Assembly (NCBI GenBank): GCA_027492035.1
Contig: JAOZFT010000004.1
Location: 384,001-448,000, forward strand
Length of the DNA: 64,000 nucleotides
Direction of reading: 5' to 3'
From: Thermoproteota archaeon
GTDB lineage: Archaea > Korarchaeota > JAOZGF01 > JAOZFZ01
Numbering within the stretch: the first letter of the stretch is position 1; each line of letters begins with the position of its first letter. A program made the translations under genes and the position numbers. Below, in pieces: positions 31,401 through 39,974 of this stretch. The notes below the pieces were generated by a model. It was not told where the DNA came from and did no database searches. It saw only the letters and a list, made by a program, of their open reading frames with translations.

Positions 31401-32287
31401 ATAGGTCTTTTTGTTCTATGCTTGGCTGACGGCACTCCTGAAAGATTGTTATCGAAATAAGTTGCTACATGGTACTGTAAAAGGTTCCATAAATCATCAA
31501 TTATGTGCTGAGGTGTTCCACTGTCTATTGATTCCCTTAAGTTGTTGTTAACCCTTACTATGTCCACCAGTTTATGTGTTAAATCATCTTCTGCTCTTCC
31601 TCCTTTTTCAAGCACTATTGAGGGCCTAACGGGGAGCGGAGGAACTGGTAAATCTGTCAGAACCATCCACTCAGGCCGGTTGTTTTCGATGTCAAACCCT
31701 AACAAGTAAGCGTCTTCATCAGGTATTTCTTCCAGTCTTTCTCTCACATCTGAGGCAGTTAGGTTTATTGGCCCCTGCGGCGTAATTTCTCTGTAATGGT
31801 AAGGTGGAATAAACTTAATTTTGTTTTGTTTAGCTCCACAGTTTGGGCATTTCTGGGTTTTACTTACTGCCTTACTTTTTATTTCCTTTATTATTTCGTC
31901 CCTTTTATTCTGGTTTTTTGTAGTCTGCAACAACTTCAAATACTTTTCTCTTTCCTCCTTAGGTATCTTTACTTTATGGCATTCCTTGCAAGTAGCCTTT
32001 AAAATATTAGCTATTTCTCTTGCAAAAAGTACGTTTATGACGGGTTTCGCAAGCTCTATATACCCAAAATGACCTGGACATTTCTCTATTGACCCACCGC
32101 ATGTTCTACATAAATATCTAGGCTCCAAGACCCCTAGTCTTGGATCCATTACACCTGATTCAACAGGCAAGCCGTCAGTGTCATATGTTTTCGGCAAAAC
32201 AATTTTTGTTGCAGCCATTTTTCTTATATCTGTGGGGCTCAATAAACTTAACTTCAGCGATTTTATGTGCCGCTTGTGCAAAATCAA
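28478..32287 (-). CDS. rpoA: RNA polymerase largest subunit, unsplit A'+A'' (Rpo1)
   Basis: NADFDGDEMN followed in the same ORF by the A'' motif AQSIGEPSTQLTLRTFH. Confidence 0.97.
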   Translation of the reverse strand: MILHKRHIKSLKLSLLSPTDIRKMAATKIVLPKTYDTDGLPVESGVMDPRLGVLEPRYLCRTCGGSIEKCPGHFGYIELAKPVINVLFAREIANILKATCKECHKVKIPKEEREKYLKLLQTTKNQNKRDEIIKEIKSKAVSKTQKCPNCGAKQNKIKFIPPYHYREITPQGPINLTASDVRERLEEIPDEDAYLLGFDIENNRPEWMVLTDLPVPPLPVRPSIVLEKGGRAEDDLTHKLVDIVRVNNNLRESIDSGTPQHIIDDLWNLLQYHVATYFDNNLSGVPSAKHRTKRPIKGIAQRLEGKEGRFRSNLAAKRVDFSARTVISPDPLLDINEVGVPFEIAKTLTIPVTVSELNIEEAKTLVALGPKNHPGAKYVERTDGTKVDLRFISDLAAFAENISPGYKIGRYLMDGDVVLFNRQPSLHRISMMGHRVKVLPYKTFRLNLAVCPPYNADFDGDEMNLHALQTLDSRVEAEELMLVEKNIISPRFGGALVGGILDHITGSYLLTRRDTLLSKKELGLLLSSLVDYDEIPEPAILEPKEYWTGKQVFSLLLPKDLNFKLKASVYIPKTETGKEGEEFIEDTVVIVKNGELLTGVIDTAAIGAIVESGLTLLDVIANKYGGERAREFLNKYTKVTLRFLSGRGFTLGLDEEDLPPEIKEKVKEIILEGYREIEKLLELFNKGEFQPLPGRTKEETLEIKVGGILSNCREKIGKEVSKSLDVDNSIVVMTSTKAKGSAINIGQMAGSVGQQSLRGRRISEGYIRRALPHFKKGEKRAKSRGFVESSYKRGLTPTELYFHAMAGRESLVDKAIRTADSGYLQRRLMNAFQDLRIENDGTVRDSEGKIISFLYGDDGVDVTKTYHGEPVLFNELEETIANDENKVKKGMSNKNKQKLVEKELKDLPERIRNETLKIVTKHKINKETLTKILKTVKNSYLHALVDPFEPIGVVTAQSIGEPSTQLTLRTFHFAGVAEKNITLGFPRLKEVLDMRKKPSTPSMTIYLDEEHRKSRDKALKIAEKIRSLTLKDIIEKIEIEPLSREMVLTLKEELINQKGIDLKKVKSMISKKMKGEVKEERNSLIVQSGIDSYRKFKEAYTKLLDTTVYGVKGITKTLIKEKAGEYVIETEGSNLKVVLKMEGVDRNRTTTNDILEIYNELGIEAARAAIINEIKSVLENQGIKINIRHILLAADTLTFTGDLKQVGRYGVTGEKGSFLARASYEITVKTLAEAAIKGEEDELPGVVERVIAGVPIQVGTGAVELYAAF

Positions 32288-32290
32288 GTT

Positions 32291-35200
32291 TTACTCCCCC
32301 TCTTCACTTTTAATTTGGGGTTTTAACCCTAAACTCATTATTTCTTGTAAAAACAGCTTGAAAGCGTATGATGTTTCAATTAATACAACATCTGCATCTT
32401 TTCCATGGATTGGGCAAACAAATGACTTAGACTTCCTATCGTAATAACTCAGCATTCCGCATTTCTTGCAAACATAAATGTCGTACTTGTCTGAAGACTC
32501 CTGCAACCTTTCTAACAGAGTTGCAGAGGCACCATGGCCGACGATAGCGTCTTTTTCCATTTCACCTATTCTTAAACCCCCCTCCCTAGCTTTTCCCTCT
32601 GTTGGCTGCCGCACTAACATATTCACTGGACCTATTGCCCTAGCATGCATTTTATCTGCAACCATGTGGTAAAGACGCTGATAATAACTAATACCTATGA
32701 ATATTTCAGCCTCCATTATTTCCCCTGTTTTTCCATTGTACATTACCTCTTTCCCTGTTGGTTTAAATCCTAACTTTTGGAGTTGTTTTCTTAATTCTTC
32801 CTCTTTCTCTCCCTCGAAAGGGGTTGCATTCACTCTTTCTCCTCTTAAAGCACCTACTTTACCGGCTAAGATTTCAAGTAACTGGCCCACTGTCATTCTG
32901 CTGGGTATGCTATGGGGGTTCATTATGATGTCTGGCGTTATTCCATCCTTTGTGAAAGGCATGTCTTCCTGGGGAACTATCAACCCTATGACTCCCTTTT
33001 GGCCATGTCTAGATGTGAATTTATCTCCTATTTCTGGGATCCTTAAATCCCTAACCTTTACCTTAACTATTCTGTTTCCTTCGTTATCAACTCCTATAAG
33101 TACTTTGTCAACATACCCTTTTTCCCCATATCTTAGCCTGACGGAAGCATCCTTTCTTTCCATCTCCCCCCCAAACCTTAACCGTGTATACGATGAAATA
33201 AATCTTGGAGGACTTGTTTTCCCTATCACTACTTCATCGTTTTCTAGATATATTTCAGGTTCAACTATTCCATCTTCTCCTATTTTATTATAGGCTTCAG
33301 GTGCAAATCTTCCCTTCACTTCTTCTCCGGGTATTTCTATTTTGTCCTCTTGCCCTCCAGCGTATCTTGCCTCAACAGTTTCATATCTTCGGTAAAAATA
33401 ACTTCTCCCAAGTCCTCTTTCAATTGCTGCTTTATTAATTATTAATGCATCATGCATGTTGTATCCTTCATAAGTTAACACTGCTACTACAAGGTTTTGA
33501 CCTGCAGGTCTTAAGTCGTAGTTTACAAGTTTCGAGATTTCTGTATAAACCATGGGGCGTTGAGGATAGAACAGAATGTAACTTCTGCTATCTACTCTCT
33601 CCCTGAAATTGGTCAAATATATCCCTAGCGCTTGCTTGACCATGTTAGCACCTATATTGTTTCTAGGGGCAGCATTGTATTCAATGAAAGGGATTATCCC
33701 TGCAGAAACACCGAAAATAGCACTTGGAGAAACTTCTAAATGTGTTGTTTCCTCTGTTACTTTATCTAAGGTTTCAGCGATTAAGGTCATTTCTTCTTCG
33801 TCAGCATCTAAAAATTCAAGAACTCCCTCTTTTGTCAGTGTTTCCCAGGTTATCTCTCCTTTCTTAAGTTTCTCAATATGTCTTTTTGTTAATTTAGGTT
33901 TTCCGTCTTCAACCACAATTAAAGGTCTTCTTGCTCTTCCTGGGTCGCAGTTTATTCTCACTTCCTCCCTGTCTTCGAAGTATACTGTATTGACTTCCTG
34001 TGAAACAAGGCCTTTCCTTCTTAATCTAATAATTCTTCTAACTAACTCAGTAGGTTGTTCAGTGTAGCCGATAAGTATATTATTAACGTAAACTCCTGCA
34101 TAATTTTCATTCCTTACCTTAACTCTTTCAAGAGGGATAACTCCAAGTTCATAACATTTTGATTTTACGCTTTCTGGGTTTGTACCAACTGACACCTGGC
34201 ATAAAATAGCCATGTTCTTAACTAATCCGCAATTCGGTCCTTCAGGCGTCTCAAAGACACAGATGCGACCGAAATTTGTTCCGTGAAGTGCTCTGGCTTC
34301 GAATTGGGGATAGCTTCTGCTGAGGGGAGAAACAACTCTTCTTATATTGGAGAGGGCGGCTAAATAATTTGCTCGTTCCAGTATCCTTGTTACACCAACT
34401 TGTGTACTGGTCCATTGGCCAGTTGCCATTGCACTCATTATTTTTGTCGTTATGATTGCTGGTTGAATTATTCTCTCAGTTTTTTCTTTCTCTATCTCTA
34501 CCTGCTTTAAAGGTAGTTTTTCAAGTTGATAAAGGATATCTTTTACCATAGATGCGAAAGCCATTCGGAAAAGGTTTTCCAGTCTAGGCCCTACCAGCAA
34601 CAGCCTTTTGTTTCCATAATGGTCCCTATCTATGGTTACAAATTTGCCTCTTTCGAAATTAATCATTTGTCTAATTATTTCCAACACAAATTTAGCCTTT
34701 TTTACTCTATCCTTAACCTCTACACCAACATCTGGCAAGAAATTCCGGTCTAAAGTTAATTCAGCTCTATTTATCCTTTGTTCTCTTGGATAAGCAGGAA
34801 CTATCCTTCTCCCTATATAATCTAAAGCTTCTTCTTGATCCATGACGCCGGCTTCCGAGGCTTCCTCAATGCTTGGGAGAAGCTCGATGGCATACATTTC
34901 ATCTGTACCTATCCCTTGAACTATTTCACGATCGCTTTTCAACCCTAAAGCTCTTAATAGAATAACAACTGGAATAGGGCCCCTCACTCCCAAGATATTA
35001 GTTAAGAACGTTCCATCTCTTTTCCTGTTTATTTCCAGTGAACTGTTAATTCCTTCTCTTCTGTAATACCTTTCAGCTTTAACCTTTTCCGATCCTTTAC
35101 TTTGGAAGTTTATCACTAATTGCCCTGGTGCCCTATCCTCCTGGGCAGGTATCACTCTCTCAGATCCATTAATTATGAAGTACCCTCCTGGATCTAAGGG

Positions 35201-35683
35201 GTCTTCTTTAAGTTTTATAAGTTCTTCCCTGCTTTTGTCTTTAAGCACACAGAGTTTTGATTTCACCATTATTGGGATATCGCATAAATGAATTTCCTTC
35301 CTTTCAGTAGGGGAACCGTCCACTAGTTTTATAACTTCCACATAAACAGGAGCTGTGTAAGTTAAGTTTCTTTCTCTGCACTCATGAGGAGTTATTGGAT
35401 GATAAGATCCATCTACTTCGACAAATTCAGGTTTACCTACTCTCACTTCTCCAAATTCCAAGGATAAATTTGTTGAAGAGGCTGTGATGCGTTTAGTTTG
35501 ATTCATAACCCTTTGGATTCCCTCTTCAACGAATCTATTATAGGAATCAAGTTGTTGCTTAACTAATCCTTGGCTTTTAACTAAGACTTCCATTAAAGTT
35601 CTCAAGTCCTCGTTATCAATTTCTCCACTACTCCCCCTTTTCATTTTTCCTTCTCCATTCTTTTTCATGGGAAAACTACTCAA
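32291..35683 (-). CDS. rpoB: RNA polymerase subunit B, unsplit (Rpo2)
   Basis: GGYFIINGSE, ETPEGPNCGL, GDKFTSRHGQKG, GGLRIGEME. Confidence 0.97.
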   Translation of the reverse strand: MSSFPMKKNGEGKMKRGSSGEIDNEDLRTLMEVLVKSQGLVKQQLDSYNRFVEEGIQRVMNQTKRITASSTNLSLEFGEVRVGKPEFVEVDGSYHPITPHECRERNLTYTAPVYVEVIKLVDGSPTERKEIHLCDIPIMVKSKLCVLKDKSREELIKLKEDPLDPGGYFIINGSERVIPAQEDRAPGQLVINFQSKGSEKVKAERYYRREGINSSLEINRKRDGTFLTNILGVRGPIPVVILLRALGLKSDREIVQGIGTDEMYAIELLPSIEEASEAGVMDQEEALDYIGRRIVPAYPREQRINRAELTLDRNFLPDVGVEVKDRVKKAKFVLEIIRQMINFERGKFVTIDRDHYGNKRLLLVGPRLENLFRMAFASMVKDILYQLEKLPLKQVEIEKEKTERIIQPAIITTKIMSAMATGQWTSTQVGVTRILERANYLAALSNIRRVVSPLSRSYPQFEARALHGTNFGRICVFETPEGPNCGLVKNMAILCQVSVGTNPESVKSKCYELGVIPLERVKVRNENYAGVYVNNILIGYTEQPTELVRRIIRLRRKGLVSQEVNTVYFEDREEVRINCDPGRARRPLIVVEDGKPKLTKRHIEKLKKGEITWETLTKEGVLEFLDADEEEMTLIAETLDKVTEETTHLEVSPSAIFGVSAGIIPFIEYNAAPRNNIGANMVKQALGIYLTNFRERVDSRSYILFYPQRPMVYTEISKLVNYDLRPAGQNLVVAVLTYEGYNMHDALIINKAAIERGLGRSYFYRRYETVEARYAGGQEDKIEIPGEEVKGRFAPEAYNKIGEDGIVEPEIYLENDEVVIGKTSPPRFISSYTRLRFGGEMERKDASVRLRYGEKGYVDKVLIGVDNEGNRIVKVKVRDLRIPEIGDKFTSRHGQKGVIGLIVPQEDMPFTKDGITPDIIMNPHSIPSRMTVGQLLEILAGKVGALRGERVNATPFEGEKEEELRKQLQKLGFKPTGKEVMYNGKTGEIMEAEIFIGISYYQRLYHMVADKMHARAIGPVNMLVRQPTEGKAREGGLRIGEMEKDAIVGHGASATLLERLQESSDKYDIYVCKKCGMLSYYDRKSKSFVCPIHGKDADVVLIETSYAFKLFLQEIMSLGLKPQIKSEEGE

Positions 35684-35921
35684 TAACTACTCTATAAGAT
35701 ATTGCTTTTCCAGAAACAGGGCTTCGACGGGTAATTTTAATGATGTCTCCCTTCTTTACATTCATACCCCTCAAGGCAGGATCATCTACTCTTATTTTAG
35801 GCAATTTCTCTTTATCTGTATGAAATCTTTTAAGTACTTCTTTTGCTTCCCTTTCAGTAAGTACTTCATGTAAAGGAACAAGGACATGTTTAGAGATGAT
35901 GCTACTTTCCTTTTTCTTCAT
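35676..35921 (-). CDS. rpoH: RNA polymerase subunit H (Rpo5)
   Basis: HVLVPLHE, LPKI..DDP, GDIIKITRRS..YRVV. Confidence 0.97.
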   Translation of the reverse strand: MKKKESSIISKHVLVPLHEVLTEREAKEVLKRFHTDKEKLPKIRVDDPALRGMNVKKGDIIKITRRSPVSGKAISYRVVIE

Positions 35922-35963
35922 TTTACACCCTTTTCTCTTACATCCTCTAAAACATATGGGAAA

Positions 35964-36054
35964 TGGGCCCGGCGGGATTTTCAGATTCCTCCCTTTGAAC
36001 CCGCGACACCCGGGTTAAAAGCCCGGTGCTCTAGCCTTGCTGAGCTACGGGCCC
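35964..36054 (-). tRNA. tRNA-Lys(TTT) with a 16-nt T-loop (59/60) intron at 35978-35993
   Basis: CCGGG-CTTTTAA-CCCGG anticodon arm. BHB: TTCA/TGAA helix with AAG and AAT bulges. Confidence 0.93.
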
Positions 36055-36118
36055 TAGCAAAGTATTCTCCTGCTCTTTTTTTTCTAGTTCATCGTAGTCA
36101 TTGAAAAATAGGAAAAAA

Positions 36119-36237
36119 TCCCGTCGGCAGGATTTGAACCTGCGAACCTGCCGGTTTCTGCATGGGCGACTGCTGTCGAAACCTCCTCCTCTAGAGGTTT
36201 CTACAGCCGGCCGCTCTACCAACTGAGCTACGACGGG
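36119..36237 (-). tRNA. tRNA-Tyr(GTA) with a 45-nt 37/38 intron at 36156-36200
   Basis: C1-G72, A73, GCCGG-CTGTAG|A-CCGGC, CTGT/GCAG central helix. Confidence 0.93.
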
Positions 36238-36344
36238 GCTGAATTTACCTCTATTCCACCTATTACTTTCACTTATTTTTCCCTTTATATTCTTATTCGA
36301 CTTGACTTTAAGGTAATGAATGTTTTTTTAAATTTTTCTCCATG

Positions 36345-37475
36345 TTACATAAGTTTTATATTCCTTTTTAAGGTTAGGTTTCTTGCCTGGATCCATTTGG
36401 CTAATTTATCCTTTATAATTACTTCTGTTTCTTTTAACTCCTTTATGCTTTTGCTTCCAGTCAAAAACATAACAGCTTTTAATTCATTTTTTAATTGTTC
36501 CATTTTTTTAATTACTTCCTCTCTTTTTAAGTTATATATCCATCTTAAAACAGGTAAAGCGGTGCCTGCTAGATCTGAACCTATAGCTAGAACCTTAGCT
36601 ATTTCTAAACCTGTTCTTATCCCTCCACTTCCAATTATTTCTATTTTATCCTTTACAGCTGATTTCACTTCAAGCAACGTCGCAGCTGTAGGTATTCCCC
36701 AGTCCCATAGGAGGGAACCTAATTGCTCTTTCTCCCTTTCTCCATGTAATGTAGCTCTTACTTTTTCTACTGCACTCCAACTTGTTCCACCTGCGCCGGA
36801 AATATCTATTGCACTGACTCCTGCTTTTAAAAGTTTTTCAGCTAATTCTTTAGTTATTCCTGCTCCTGTCTCCTTTATAATAACTGGAACAGGTGAATAG
36901 CTGCAAACTTCCTCTATTTTCTTAAGTGCATATTTAAAATTAAGGGATCCTTTCATTTGAAGAATTTCTTGTAAGGGGTTTAAGTGAATAGCTAAGGCAT
37001 CTGCCTCCACCATGTTAATGATTTCCTCTAATTCTTTACTGCCAAAGCCATTCAGAAACTGCGTTATCCCTATATTAGCCATTATAAAACTGTCTGGTGC
37101 CTCCCTTCTGATAACTTTGAAACTTTCTATATCTCCATTTTTTTCTAAAGCTGCTCTTTGGCTACCTACCCCTGCACCCACCCCGACCTCCTGGATTATT
37201 TCCCCTATTCTTGCGTTTATTTTCTTTGAGTAGGGATGTCCCCCAGTTATCCCTGTTATAACGAGTGGGAAACTGAATTTATAACCTAAAAAGGTTGTTT
37301 CTGTTTCTATTTCGTCGAAAGAAACTTCAGGCAGTGCTTGATGCAAAAACAGAACATCCTCTAGCCAAGTGGTTTTTTTTATTGCTTCAATATTGTACCC
37401 AACACATATTTGGAGATGTTCAAGTTTCCTGCTGGCTGTTTCAGATTCAAAAACTTTTTTTTCTGAAAAATTCAA
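36345..37475 (-). CDS. fni: Type 2 isopentenyl-diphosphate isomerase
   Basis: RKLEHL, ITGG, GVGSQR, HLNPLQE, KETGAG, GAGGTSW, WGIPTA. Confidence 0.96.
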   Translation of the reverse strand: MNFSEKKVFESETASRKLEHLQICVGYNIEAIKKTTWLEDVLFLHQALPEVSFDEIETETTFLGYKFSFPLVITGITGGHPYSKKINARIGEIIQEVGVGAGVGSQRAALEKNGDIESFKVIRREAPDSFIMANIGITQFLNGFGSKELEEIINMVEADALAIHLNPLQEILQMKGSLNFKYALKKIEEVCSYSPVPVIIKETGAGITKELAEKLLKAGVSAIDISGAGGTSWSAVEKVRATLHGEREKEQLGSLLWDWGIPTAATLLEVKSAVKDKIEIIGSGGIRTGLEIAKVLAIGSDLAGTALPVLRWIYNLKREEVIKKMEQLKNELKAVMFLTGSKSIKELKETEVIIKDKLAKWIQARNLTLKRNIKLM

Positions 37476-37510
37476 TTTTCCACCTTCCTTATCTCCTTTT
37501 AAAGCTTTAT

Positions 37511-38389
37511 TTAACTTATTTCAATGGCAGCATAACCCACTATTGCTTCTGGATTTCTTGATATTTCATAGGATGTGTAGTATTTCAGTAACTTAACTTC
37601 TTTATAATTAAGTTTTTCAGCTAAGTTAAGTAAAGCAGAGACAGGTGAATAGCCACACATGGTTGTTCCTGTTTCCATAACTGTAGTTAATAGTTTCTCA
37701 CCGTCTAAGTTGCGGATTATATTTATTAATTTCATATCGTTCTCTTTAATCCATTCTAGAATACTCTCTACATTTTCTGTTCCAGCTGGGCAATAGCCAT
37801 ACATTACACCATAATGGGTGAAATCAGAAGAGGCTATTACCGCAATTTCTTTTACCTCATCTTTCAAAACATCGGCTAAAGACTCAGCAAACTTTTTTAT
37901 TTTAGGGTATGAGGTTTCAGAAACTATTACAGGAACTATCTTCACTTCAGGGTTTACGTACTGCAGAAAAGGGAGCTGGACTTCAATGGAGTGCTCATAT
38001 AAATGTGGATTATTGCTAACCTTAGCAACTTCTACCTCCCCAACTATTTCTTCCCTTAACTCATTGTTAACTTCTATTTCACCTAAAGGTGTCTTCCAGT
38101 GGCTGAAGGAGTCTAAGAAAAACCCTCTATATCCTTCATGACTTGTGCCAAAAATTATTGCGGTATCAATATCTTCCTGCGTTGAAATAATTTTGTAAAC
38201 CCATGCTGCAGCAGGGCCTGAGTATACATAGCCTGCATGTGGAGTCACAAAACCAAAACTTTTCCTCCTCTTCTCAATTTTTGCACCCCTAGGTCCCAAG
38301 GACGAATTGAAACATTCTTCTATTGTTTCAATTAAAGTTTTTTTTGATGCGGGGTAGAAGCCGATGGCTATAGGCTGTCTTACTTTCAA
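37511..38389 (-). CDS. MEMO1 / AmmeMemoRadiSam protein B
   Basis: FYP, PHAGYVYSG, EHSIEVQLPFLQ, SSDFTHYG, MCG, VGYA. Confidence 0.94.
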   Translation of the reverse strand: MKVRQPIAIGFYPASKKTLIETIEECFNSSLGPRGAKIEKRRKSFGFVTPHAGYVYSGPAAAWVYKIISTQEDIDTAIIFGTSHEGYRGFFLDSFSHWKTPLGEIEVNNELREEIVGEVEVAKVSNNPHLYEHSIEVQLPFLQYVNPEVKIVPVIVSETSYPKIKKFAESLADVLKDEVKEIAVIASSDFTHYGVMYGYCPAGTENVESILEWIKENDMKLINIIRNLDGEKLLTTVMETGTTMCGYSPVSALLNLAEKLNYKEVKLLKYYTSYEISRNPEAIVGYAAIEIS

Positions 38390-38404
38390 AATCTTCTCAT
38401 CTCT

Positions 38405-38660
38405 CTAGCTCTCTCGTTGAGGAGTTCCCCTCGGGAGGATGTGATCATGAGGGGTGAGAAATTTTAATTCTTCTTCTGTTGGGTAAGTTTGTGTAGGGCT
38501 GGGGTAGTCCAAAACCGCTCCTGTGGAGGCTGAAATCTCTACGGCCCGCCTTCCACACAGGTTGTAGAGAAGGAGTTCCACTTGCTGAAACCTCCATTGT
38601 GAATGGAGGAAAATCATGCTTGGTTGCTGAAGTAGAAAACCTTCTATGAAGGTTGGGTAA
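38405..38660. ncRNA. Candidate structured non-coding element of unknown class
   Basis: GC-richer intergenic stretch with at least 4 hairpins. No convincing protein or known RNA family recognised. Confidence 0.35.
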
Positions 38661-38661
38661 T

Positions 38662-39294
38662 TCATACACTTACACCTACTTCTGTTTCAAAATCTTTGGC
38701 TGTTAAGTTAATCTCTCCATCGGGCGGTATCTCCCCTCTCTCCCTTAAAATTTGCCGCGCTAAAACCCAGTAAATTAATGCTAAAGATTTTCTGCCTTTG
38801 TTGTTAGCTGGAATTATGAAATCAACAAAAGTTGTTTGATTATTTGTGTCACAAAGGGCTATAACCATTATCCCTTCCTTAGCCGCTTCAATCATTACTC
38901 TTTTATCGAGTTTTGGATCTGAAATAAACACAACTTCTGGTTCTATGTAGTCCTCTGAAAGATAGTTAGTGAATTTTCCAGGTGGAGTTCTGCCAGCTAC
39001 AGCTTGGAAACCTGTTATTTCACTGAATTTCTTCACAGGTTTTAAAGCATAAATTCTGGAGGAAGTTACAAATACTTCTCCTGGTTTAAATCTTGCTAAA
39101 TATTTTGCAGCCACTCTAATTCTTTCATCTATCTTCCTTATATTTAAAACATAAAGGCCGTCTGGTCTTAAAGAGTAAATGAATTTTCGCATGGGTTTAG
39201 TAGCTATCTTTGTCCCTATATGTACCCCTGCCTTTAAATAAACACTTCTTTCCACTAAAAAGGTGTATCTTTCCTTTCTGCTTTCTGTAGGCAT
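38662..39294 (-). CDS. rps2: 30S ribosomal protein S2
   Basis: AGVHIGTK, RPDGLYVLN, IPANNKGRKSLA. Confidence 0.97.
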   Translation of the reverse strand: MPTESRKERYTFLVERSVYLKAGVHIGTKIATKPMRKFIYSLRPDGLYVLNIRKIDERIRVAAKYLARFKPGEVFVTSSRIYALKPVKKFSEITGFQAVAGRTPPGKFTNYLSEDYIEPEVVFISDPKLDKRVMIEAAKEGIMVIALCDTNNQTTFVDFIIPANNKGRKSLALIYWVLARQILRERGEIPPDGEINLTAKDFETEVGVSV

Positions 39295-39532
39295 TTATTC
39301 ACCTTCGTTTTCTTCTCTTTTTTCGTAGGCTAATATTTCATCTGCCAAGTCTAAATGTGTCAAAAACATCCTTCTGCAGCAGTATCTTTTTATTCCTAAT
39401 TCATCTAAGGCTTCTTTTTTACTTTTCCCTTGCTTAAGTAATTTAAGGTAATCCTCCCAAAGATGACCTATAAGTTTTCCACAGGTGAAGCACCTTCCGC
39501 GTCATTCAACATGACTTTACGGGTATATGCAT
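39295..39532 (-). CDS. rpoN: RNA polymerase subunit N (Rpo10), 71 aa, split by a 22-nt BHB intron; join(39517..39532,39295..39494)
   Basis: Spliced product: [21 protein letters not shown]...GIKRYCCRRMFLTH... Conserved position between rps9 and rps2. Missing from the ORF track because the unspliced frame stops at codon 9. Confidence 0.93.
39495..39516 (-). other. BHB mRNA intron in rpoN
   Basis: mRNA UAC-CCGU-AA^A-GUCAU-GUUGA-AUGAC-GCGG-AA^G-GUG: 4-bp central helix, two 3-nt bulges, 5-bp inner helix. Confidence 0.9.
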
Positions 39533-39548
39533 CCCTAAACCCCCTTTT

Positions 39549-39971
39549 TTATCTTTTCGATTTCTGGAACCTCGCTCTTGCTCCTCTCCCTCCGAATTTC
39601 TTGCTTTCTTTCAATCTTGCATCTTCAACTAACATAAACCTGTCATATTCTAAGAATTTATTTTTTAAGGTTTCTCTCGTTTTTTCATCCTTAATCCATT
39701 TAAGAAGAGCTCTTGAAATAGCTACTTGAACTGCTTCAGCTTGTCCCATGTAACCTCCCCCCTTGGCTTTAGCCTTTATGTCTATATTCTTTGTAATTTC
39801 CTCCCCAGCTAATAAAAGGGGCTCCATTATTTTCCATTTCGCAATTTCAGGTTGAAATATCTCAAGTGGGATATTGTTTATTTTTACCTTCCCTTTCCCT
39901 TTTTTAATCGTAACAGAAGCTCTTGCTGTCTTTCTTTTTGCACTTGCGAAAACAAATTCTCCGTTTACCAT
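39549..39971 (-). CDS. rps9: 30S ribosomal protein S9
   Basis: KRKTARA, GGGYMGQAEA, KKFGGRGARARFQKS. Confidence 0.97.
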   Translation of the reverse strand: MVNGEFVFASAKRKTARASVTIKKGKGKVKINNIPLEIFQPEIAKWKIMEPLLLAGEEITKNIDIKAKAKGGGYMGQAEAVQVAISRALLKWIKDEKTRETLKNKFLEYDRFMLVEDARLKESKKFGGRGARARFQKSKR

Positions 39972-39974
39972 TCC

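Noticed and set aside
38405-38660. RNase P RNA or SRP RNA
   Set aside because: GAGGAGTTCC (+) and AACAGAAG...TTA (-) resemble P4 halves but lie on opposite strands with no complementary partner. No SRP helix-8 motif was found.
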